From positions 8,278,485 through 8,342,484 of the forward strand of contig NC_134027.1 in the NCBI RefSeq assembly GCF_964204645.1: 64,000 nt of DNA, read 5' to 3'. The number at the start of each line of letters is the position of its first letter. Within the stretch, counting starts at the first letter, position 1. A model generated the notes under the pieces. It did not search any database, had not been told where the DNA came from, and was given only the letters and a program-made list of their open reading frames with translations. This DNA comes from Tubulanus polymorphus. Taxonomy: Eukaryota > Animalia > Nemertea. Both the position numbers and the translations under genes were made by a program. This document shows, one piece after another, positions 49,325 to 64,000 of this stretch.

Positions 49325-52300
49325 TGAGCAGTTGTGAAAAACTATTGAAACAATTAGATACAATTTCGTATATAAGGGACAAAATCTACAGATGTAAAAA
49401 TCCGTGTAAACTCCATCTCTATTTCAGCTAATTGTTAGAAAACTTATTGAATTGTTTCTCTGAGAGGATTATATCCACAATAAATTTGCGTACGCAAATT
49501 AACACACTGAATGTTACTGCTGTAGCCAAAGATAATGATCTTTTGACATTTCGTCATTGTAGCAGTATATGGTTCTCGTAAGTGAATGAATTTGTCTTAG
49601 GTTCTGGTCCATGTGTGTAGTTGCTTCGCATTTAGAAATGTGTAATATGCCGGCATATATGTATATATATTGCTTTATAAAAATCAAGTAGCGAGTAATA
49701 CCTGGTAGGTGAAAACATCAATGAATAACCAAGGCAACAATTAAGAACTAAAATGGGAATTTGACAATTCATATGACCATACCCCAATAAAGGCATTATG
49801 ATTATTGTACGTGTACATACATTATAATCTATATATGTATATATTATACATATTTTCATAAAAGTTTCTGGCCTTATTTCATATACTCGACTTCAAGCTT
49901 GGCCGTGTATAAACCATTCAATTTTAGTGTTGGTTGCCTGAGAAGAATTTGCTATATACTGCAGCAGGTGAAAATATTTTTCAATATATGTGAATGAAAT
50001 GTAAAGATTTATTTAAATCTATTTGTCTAGGGTACAATCTCTTCAACGAAATATGTGCTATGATCCACTTGATTTTCTTGTTTTTCTCAACACGAATTTT
50101 TTCATTTCAAGTTCCATCCCTTTATTATTTGTTTACTACAATATCCTATTTATTTTATTTATCGTTGTAATGATTGATGTAATCTGATCCGGAAAATTGT
50201 ATTGAACTGGAAAGTAACCTTGAATATTCTCTAACTATGCACTACATGTTTGCCCAATACTCTGTATAAGCTTTTGCAGCTAATGGCTACTGTTGATATG
50301 TTCTGGACTGTGTTAATCCAGTAATCGAATTTAAAGCAATCCAAGCGCTTAGACTTTTACCAACATATGCATCAGCATAAGTAGCAATACCAAATTTGGT
50401 TGTCTGAAAATTGTAATTCCAGACGAATTTTGGCAATGAACAAAATCTGGTATCAGTTTTACATACCGGTATGTGAAATCAATTTGTAATAGACTTGTAT
50501 AATAGAAAAATGGTGCTGTGTGTAATTATTATTGTGTCATATGTAATTCAGTTGATTTTTCCTTAAAGTTTTTATCGCTGCTCCTGATTTACTTTGATAA
50601 CCTATAAAATGAACTAACATTATCTCTACATATTATGGTATATATGGATTAAATATATGCGTACATTAGTTTATGTTGAAAAATTTTGTATGTTTTCTGC
50701 TTAGATTACCATTGTAAAAATGCTCAAATAATCTAAATCGCTACATTCCTTCTTTTTAGTGAATATACATGCTGTTTTTTGAAAGCTTATATGTATGACT
50801 TCTTCTGCAGTGCAATATTATTTGGGGACATGCATCTTCTATCCCGTGACTAGTTAGATTTGAGCGGAGGCTCCCAGAAATATAAAGGTTAAATTTCAAG
50901 AAGTGGTACATGTCTTGATCTGGAACATAAGAATTTCGGTACAAATTAATGTAGAAATATGCAATAGATTTCTTCAAGCACGCTTTTTCTGATAAAAATT
51001 CCAGAAAAATAAATAAAATACATGTACACCACTTCTGGACGTACCTATTGAAATGATGCGATACATTTGCATTTAATTTCATGTTAATTGTCATCAGCAG
51101 CTTCTCGATACTCTTGAAACACTTAATTACTAAGGGCATTATGTTGGTTTTCTGAACTTAATTGTTCTCTCATAGGTTTTTTCAAAACAAGGCTTGTCAG
51201 TCTGGTGTAAATACCGTGCTCAAATCCAGTTTTTGTATTCAGCTGCAATAATATACAGTTTCTCAGTCACTGGATGATGATGTATTCACGATATTTAATC
51301 ATGATTGATAACATCTTCATAAAATAAATATTTTACGAATAAAATGAAGCTGTGCAATTTGTCTTGGATGAATAAGATTTATAATGTTTGGCTTAGTTGA
51401 GTATCTCTTAATGTTAAATTATCATTTTCTTGTAAGTAATTTGATGTAAATGCACCCAATTGTATTGGCAGGTATGTCTTTATTTTTATCAAAATGAATT
51501 GTGTGAACCTTTGTTCAAAAATCAATGCAGTGTATGCTATATTTTGTTGGTGTTAATGTTGGCAAATACATAACAGCAGTCTTGCTCTTCATAAATCTAT
51601 AGCCTTGTTTACATAGGTGCTTTGAATATTAAAGGCTTTATCTTTTGATTTGGACCCAATGTATTTAGATAGTATTCGAATATGATAGCAGTCGAATTGT
51701 TGTTACATTAATCCCACAATTGTCAGAACAAACTTGTTTCTAAGTTAATCCTGAAATATCAAGAAACAAGTTAAAGTTCTCCACTTTCCCGTTTTGTGGA
51801 TTTGTACACTCCTCGACAGCCCTGGTCCATCTTCAAACACTATTATGATCTAGGGGTTATTAGCTATCAACAACTGACCAATGTATCAAATCTATTTGTT
51901 TTAACAAGGTACCGCTTTTTCCGAAAAAGAATCCTCATTTCTAGTTGAAGGCTAGGTGATGTAAGAACGACAAAGATATCGTAAATCCATTGTTTACTAA
52001 GTGAATCCAAACCGAACAGCATGGTAAACCTATCAAAAACCTGTCCTACGGCGTCAGCTTATGATCCCTTAACCATCATCGCAGACAAAAATTTTAACAA
52101 CATCGATATATAATCATCACACAAGACATTTATTCCGCTATCCACTTCAATTTCATATGATAAATAACACAAGAATGTATGTTCATGTATATACACTCAT
52201 CTATCGATAGTAAACACCTGTTGCAATTACATGTACGAAAACCATCATCAGGGATAAATGATTAGTAGTAGTATTATAATTAGTTGCCAGTCTATCTGAT

Positions 52301-52387
52301 TGTTCTCTCTAAATACGTTTAACAAAAAGAAAAAAAAACAATGGTCGAATTAAAACTAATATCGTTCTTCCTAATGTTTGACTATCT

Positions 52388-53441
52388 TTATTTCCAGTCT
52401 CCCTTTTCGTAGTCCCATTTCGACGCAACACCTTCTACGGCTCCTTGACGTTGTTGGATCATACGTAACAAGTTAGCTTCCCTCCATTCTTGCGTAATGG
52501 TATGCGGTTTAGGAGGATATACTGCAAAGATAATTCAATTAAATGATAGCAAAATGGTCTACTCAAAATGCTTTCTTTCTAGTCCGGGGGCTTTATCAGA
52601 ACTAATTCGGATGAGAATTCATACACTTCGCTTACCATATTGTTGCATCCACATGTAAAACCATCCGGCTACCCCGAAACCAAATAATACTCCGGCTACA
52701 ACCGATTTCCAGTCACCAGTTGGAGCGGTCATTTCGGCGTAAGTTTGACAAAAGCTTGAGCGATATACTGAAAATATAATACATAATTCCTAAACGATGC
52801 CAACAGAAAGAATCACGATAATCTTCCACAGAAGGACTGAGTTCGAAGACCATTTGATTCCATCAATCATGCTTTGTAAAAGTTGAGCGAAAACTGCTAA
52901 TGGAGACAATTAGGGCATTTCTTTGAAGAAATACTCTCCAATTTTTCAAATGCAGTACATATACAGTGGAACCTTGCAACGACGAACTTCATTCGACCAG
53001 AAAATCTGTACATTATAACAGATAGCTTATCCAGTATGAAATTAATGAAAATATGGGTCCAAATTCTTGTTTTGTGATAACTGAGATCAACTGTTATATC
53101 TGGGGTCATTACAAGCATTCACTCCCTGATATGAACTTACATTGTTTTTTCTCGTCGACGGATAAGTTTTTCCAGTCGCCAGCTTCTTTCTCTTTCAACG
53201 CTACGATTTCGGCCGTATCTTCTTTGAAACGAATCGCGGGGCACGGAAATTCGATTCGATCCATATAGTTACCGCGTCCATTAAATCCGAAACCGACAAC
53301 CTCTCGGTCTCCGATTCGAGGGTGGGCGCGTTCTTTAACCGAGATCGTGTGTGAATCATGTCGTGCTGCCGAAGTAGTGAGCGCCCTCTGTGATGTTGTT
53401 GCCACTCGCCGTCCGGCAAACCGTAATATAGAACTTGCCAT
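52388..53441 (-). CDS. COX4: Cytochrome c oxidase subunit 4, 3 coding exons (non-coding exon ~54331-54360)
   Basis: Mitochondrial presequence, PRIGDREVVGFGFNG..YMDR, LKEKEAGDWKNLSVDEKKQ|LYRSSFCQTYAEM, SKWDYEKGDWK*. Confidence 0.95.
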
Positions 53442-56400
53442 CGTGATCTGGAAAAATGATTCGTAAATTATTAGATCTATCAGTGCTTAATATAAGTTTG
53501 AAACTGCCTTAAATGTTAAACCTTTGAAAATCAAAATATAGAGAGAAAAGCTTTCAAATATTCTGATAAGAATGGATCAGTCTTTGTCAATTCGGGATCT
53601 GCCAAATACGTTGAAAATTGCGCCCCTTAACCCCTCTAGTCAGGGCGCCAACACCACAGGCTCACCTTCAGAAATTGCAATTCTGAGCACAAGCACATGT
53701 CATTAGGGGCTGGAGGGTGGTCACTTTCTGCCCATTTACAAATTTGTTGAGTTTTCCTGGATTTTTCCATATAATAACACCAAATACCCCATGACAGCAA
53801 GTGAATCCGAGAAATTTCTTGGTTTAAAATCGTTACTATTTATTCATTTTCTTTATGAACCACGTACTGTTAAAGAAACGCGCTGTCAATAACATGACTA
53901 GGTTTTTTGCAAAATTTGTAAAAAAATTCCCATATATTTTTCTTTCTGAAATTTTTCCATTCCCTTTCGGTTTTTGTTTCCCTCCTGTCGTCGAAACCCA
54001 GTGGCCACATCCCATCTCCCACTACCTTAGATGCATACTTAATTGATACAAGGTAAGCTGATACATAATGTCATTCAAATGTCACGTAAAAGCAATAAAA
54101 AGAACCAGGTTCAAGGTCGCTGTGTAGTTTGACACACCGCCACCACCGACCGAGAACCGGTTAAAAACAATTTAAACATCGTTAATCTTTGAGATTATGA
54201 ATGAAGATAAAATGTTATTATTTCCAATCTAAGTATCCGTATTTAATTTACACGCTCTCTGCAAAAGATCCCACAGGAACCGATTGAAAGGAGTTAATTA
54301 TTCAAAAACGCGTGTTTAGTACATTACTTACCAACCTTCAAACAAAAATGGCCGACTAGCTTTGTCCAGATAGAGAAAAGTCAACGAATGGGTTTCCAAA
54401 AAGTACGTATTTTAACCCAGCTCAATTGAAAACATGTTATTAAATGACCCTTTAAATTCTATTGACAGTGCATGGTCTTGGATGGATGCATTTTATCGTG
54501 ATTTGGGTAATTCATATTTTGATTGAGATGATTTCAATGACAGTTTTCAGTACTTAGTGCGATTTGATGTGGACCCGGAAATAGAACATAACATATGACG
54601 CATACTACCCCGAGTAAATTCTGGTCAGCGACACTGGTCTATGAAGAAATATATCTATTTCACGCTTCACAGAGTGTCGGAGTCTTCAATATCGAGAATG
54701 TTGTCATCATTTGCTGTCTAGAAATTCACTGAAAATCTCATGTTTTAGTAGGTGAGGTCGAGCACTTTTGTCGTACAGTCAGACCTAGTCAGTAACCTGA
54801 CTGTGGTTTAGTTTCACGATCGGATATTTTCACAAACCACAGTCAGGAATGGGAAGGTCATTTTTGTATGAAATCTTCGTCAGCCAATTTGACTGACGAG
54901 TAATTTGCCTGGCATTTCATTGTCTCTTAAGATATCTGTCTCATTTTTGTTGTAATCGACGCACAACAGATTCGTAGTTACTCTGATACCTAAAACACCT
55001 CACCTGACGATCTTAATCCATGTGCAAATCGGCCGTAAAGTGAGAGTAAATTTCCGTCCAGTCAACAGCTGCCATTTTGAAAATTACTGGAGGTGCTGGC
55101 ACCTGTGGACTGAGGCCAGGACAACAGCACAAACTAACAAAGCGAAACGACGGAATTTAAAAAAATTAAAAAATCAATTTTTATTCACATTTTTCTTTTA
55201 CCAGAAATTTATTATTTCATTATTTATTATGGAAAACACGAAGACTTGAAATAAAAGTTGGAAAACCATCAAAAATAAAAATTGTCGTTTCGTCTTGGAA
55301 GTTTTATATAAATCCTTGTAGGTCCCCTTGTCTTATCATGCCACATGTGCAATACAGAGAAATGGCGGCCAATGGCGAAATTTGTGGAGAAATTAATTAA
55401 TTTCTCAAAATAATGTTGATTAATCACTCGAAACATACATAAAATTGGATTATTTCGAAAGGTACCTGTGTTAGTTTGTGAATTAAGCCATTAATTGTGG
55501 ACTGAAGTGAATAGAAAGTATATTTTTGAAGCGTTACTTTTTTCAACCGTGTTTTGGTCCTTGTCATCCCTAACGTTGGTATAAGCCCATCCGATTATAA
55601 AAAGCTTACCACCAACGATTAGGTAACTAACTAAGTCAGACCCTCCCCAGACTCGGTTGCAAGAACAAGAGACTAGAGAGAGATTATGATCACTTGTTTT
55701 TTTTCTTGTATTTGGTCTCTTTTTGTTCATCGCTTATTTGTTGATTATCTACTACTTGTTAATACTCTAACCATCACAATCGATAATGAACTTAAGTATA
55801 GTAAACAGTTCATTGAATTGTCTTCATCAACAAGTACCGTTTGAGTTACAATAAGAGGTCATAGTACTAATTAGCGTCTAGACGTAGCGGCCCCACTCCG
55901 CGTGGTTGCGCCACCGCGCGGGATTTACACGAAGCGGCAGAACACAAACAGGGCCACTCTCTCAATTTTCAATGATAGAAATCGTGTGTGCATTTCAATT
56001 ATTTCGGCTGTTATGGTTTTAAGGCACAATATAAGTTGATGATGTGATATGGCGATGTTAATTAATGATAATTCCGCAGTGAAGCTAGTCACGAACGGTG
56101 TCGATTGAGTGTACAGCTGCCAAAAACACTGAAATGTGCGTAGTTGCGTAACTATTTGCAGTGAATTGCAGACGAAACATGAAGCCTTAACGGCCGTTTA
56201 AAAGAATATTATACCAATCGCAATTGTAAAATAAAAATGAGATAGAACCTAAGTTAAAATTCTGGCCATTTCTAAAATGTTATTAATTATTATTACTAAT
56301 TTTTAGTCAGTGCGGAACGTTTAGTTTTCCAACAATAATGAGGGGTGGTAGGTAGTCATGCAATTCAAGTCATCATTATTACACGTTACTTCCGTGTTGT

Positions 56401-56725
56401 TGAAAATCTCGCGAGTCCTGGACTAAACCCCAATGAACAATGTGATCTGTGTGCTGGCCACAAATGCACACAGATCACACTACACTACCCATTACACACT
56501 CCAGTACCCACAGCTTTCATATATCCATCCAAATATTTAGTGGCTTTCTTCCTGGATGTACTACATGAGATAATTGTCACTTCTATAAGTCCTTTGTTAT
56601 CCTTTTATTTTCAGTCTTCAAGGTAAAAAATTCATCAAATAGATAATTCACCACTGGTCCAGCAAGATGAAAAAGATATTTTACTAAGAATTGGAAGTCG
56701 TGGGTGAATAGATACTATCAGGACA

Positions 56726-57594
56726 ATGGCTGGATTCCGTAGCAGTGCATGGGATCCTATTAATATTGTGTCGCAGATTTTGACAATACAGTGCGTTTTG
56801 TATTTTGGATTAGTGATATGGATTTTTCTTATGGACTTTATTGCCGCATCAGACAGATCACTGGATCAATTATTTGCCTATTCGGTAAGTAGACGACTAG
56901 GCCTACAGCAATGATTCCCCTCTGATAATGGCTTAACTTTTGATCATTATTGTGGTAATTTTTTCCGACTGGGTGGATACTGACTTACACTCAGGCCCTA
57001 GTCCTAAAAGCTGAACCAACTAAGTGATGAATCCATAAGGAAGTGAATACAACTTTGATGATTTCGTTTCAGGCTCTATCATTCCAGCAATTTAATGGAA
57101 GGCTCATCATGGGTGCATTTGTATTAAATTCACTAACAGGGTAAGGATAAATTGAACTTTTCACTAATATAACAAATCTTTTTAGAAATAGATAGATGAA
57201 AACCAGGTATCAATAATAAGCAATTACTGATTGACAAAAAACATTTTCAATAGGTTTTTACATTATCTGAAGTAAGCCTTGCTTCATTTTGACGATAAGA
57301 TTCTTAGTTCTAGTTTCACAATATTTTCAATCATTGTCTACTTTGTTTTTCAGGGCTGTTGGATTATGGTTCATTGTACAGCGCACGAAGCTATGCCTGG
57401 ATTTTACTGCCAGCGCACACTTCTTCCATTTACTGATCTGTTGGTGTTATAACCAAGCGTTTCCAAACACATTGTCGTGGTGGCTAACGAACCTTATTTG
57501 TGTAATCATTATGACAGTATTAGGCGAATTCATGTGTATGAGGACTGAACTGAAAGCTATACCCCTAGGCATGGGGCCTAAAGTGGATTTATAG
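56726..57594 (+). CDS. SYS1: Golgi trafficking protein SYS1, 3 coding exons
   Basis: Exons 56726-56884, 57073-57140, 57354-57594: MAGFRSSAWDPINIVSQI, VQRTKLCLDF, LGEFMCMRTELKAIPL. Confidence 0.93.
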
Positions 57595-58885
57595 TACCGA
57601 TTACACAATATATTCATCATTCTTTCTCTCTCAGTTACCAAAGATGCTAATAAATAATGCTTCATTAGAGCATATTCACCGTTGATCCGTCATGTTCATG
57701 TCAGTACCTCTGTGGGGCTCACCATTTTTTGATAGACGATATAATGAATGTGTATTTGAAAATGAAGTTACAGGAATTAAGTTAATGTACCCGGTCAATG
57801 TGAATTCCGTAACCATTCCTTTTATCCCCTACTTTGACCATCCATATGTTCTTTTGCTCATCCATTTGTTCTTTTTCTGTGATCTCTTACAGATCTTAGG
57901 ATCACTTAATCAATGGCTGTATATACACGTCTGTAATCTGTAACTATATTAAGTATCTGAAGCAATGTGAATATTCTATTGAGGGGACATACTGGTATTT
58001 AATTTCTGACACTTGATGAAAGTGGTACATGTATTCTTGTATTGTGTACAATAACTGTATATTTTTGATGTAAATAAATTTGTGATTTCATTATTGTTAT
58101 AAGTTTGTTTACTGTCACTATCTTTTACTTCGGTCCACGCAAAGGTCTACTTTTACGAAACGTTAATTGAAAATTTCTTGAGCTGCGTTGAAGATGTTTA
58201 ACACCTGTGGAACCGAGACTCAGAGATGATGCATATACATCCAGTAACTTCCCTAATATATTGCTTTATGATCCTTTTCGTTTGTGATGTCCTTTGTATA
58301 ACGAGCTGCCGACATACTGATTTTAAGAAGTGGAGATCTTCAATAATTTATCATAATTTATTCTATACATACTTATGGGATATAATATACACAACAAGAT
58401 AAGATGTAGTACAACAGTTCATACGATTTTACTGATCTTTCTTTCGGTACCAATAGTGACATCACATTATTATATTATTTACCAAAAACAACAAATTACA
58501 AGTAAAGCATAGATGATCACAGATTCAAACTTTATGACAACATATTCTTTAGTTAGACATATACATAGTGAATTGAACAAGGACATCTTTCTTTTCATAA
58601 AGCTGGTCGTCGATTTGATGAAAAACCTACATATGGTTTGAATTCGAGTTATCTATTTACAGAGGTTAACACATCGATATTGTATAAACATGGATAATGC
58701 TTGTGTCATTGTAAATATTATAACAGCTTGCTCAGATTCCTCAGTATGTCACCAATAGAAGACATAAGAATTGTATGCTTGATTTATACAAGAAATATTG
58801 TTCTATGTTTGTGGTATTCGAAGTTCACACAAATATCTGATAAGGCGATCATATCAATATATCTGCTTTTCCATTTGAGTTCTAT

Positions 58886-63693
<4,808 letters not shown>

Positions 63694-63699
63694 TTTGAA

Positions 63700-63709
63700 G
63701 TCATGTGAC
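63700..63709. promoter_or_regulatory. M-box/CLEAR-like MiT-TFE site next to the VPS35 start
   Basis: GTCATGTGAC (CLEAR consensus GTCACGTGAC, M-box TCATGTG), 6 nt upstream of the ATG. Confidence 0.45.
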
Positions 63710-64000
63710 CCGAATTGCCGGGCGGTGGTGGGGCCACTTTACGGCGTTGTTCCCGCAATAATCTCAAGGTCGTAGACGCCGCGATATTTTGGACTTGTCA
63801 AAAAAACATTTTTTGGAATGAATTCTCAAATTCTTGCTGTCATCGCTCCAAAACTTGGCATTCATTCGCAATCAGTGTTGAGGTTAGGAATTCTTATCCT
63901 TTTACACTTCATTCCTAGAAAACAACTGCAAATAACTAATAGATTTCAACTGAATTGAAAAATTAATTCGAAACTTTTTCAATTTTACTGTTTCCAGTCT

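Noticed and set aside
53600-53740. GC-rich hairpins in COX4 intron 1 as a possible snRNA or snoRNA
   Set aside because: No match to U11/U12/U4atac 5' motifs and no convincing C/D or H/ACA boxes; resembles a MITE interior.

Overview
Gene-dense, AT-rich genomic DNA from an invertebrate animal (probably a lophotrochozoan), with short spliceosomal introns; not prokaryotic, and no CRISPR, rRNA or tRNA seen. Exons were assembled by hand. Gene order: TRPC4AP (-, runs off the left edge), an uncharacterised 482-aa ORF (+), TBC1D32/broad-minded (+) with an intronless FMRFamide-receptor-like GPCR nested on the same strand in one intron, dynein light intermediate chain (+), a two-exon 138-aa orphan gene (-) split across the ORF track, GINS3 (-), AMFR (+), COX4 (-), SYS1 (+) and VPS35 (-). 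The best hidden signal is three copies of an H/ACA scaRNA-like RNA in TRPC4AP introns. Its 3' pocket pairs with the 5' end of U1 snRNA and predicts pseudouridine 6 (U109/SCARNA18-like). Each copy has an extra variable hairpin, and two copies share one intron through a ~680-bp tandem duplication. Also present: three U12-type donors (one without a recognisable U12 branch point), a GC-AG intron, candidate cassette exons in the dynein LIC, two long foldback MITEs and a dispersed repeat family. Gene identities rest on recalled family similarity; no database searches were run.
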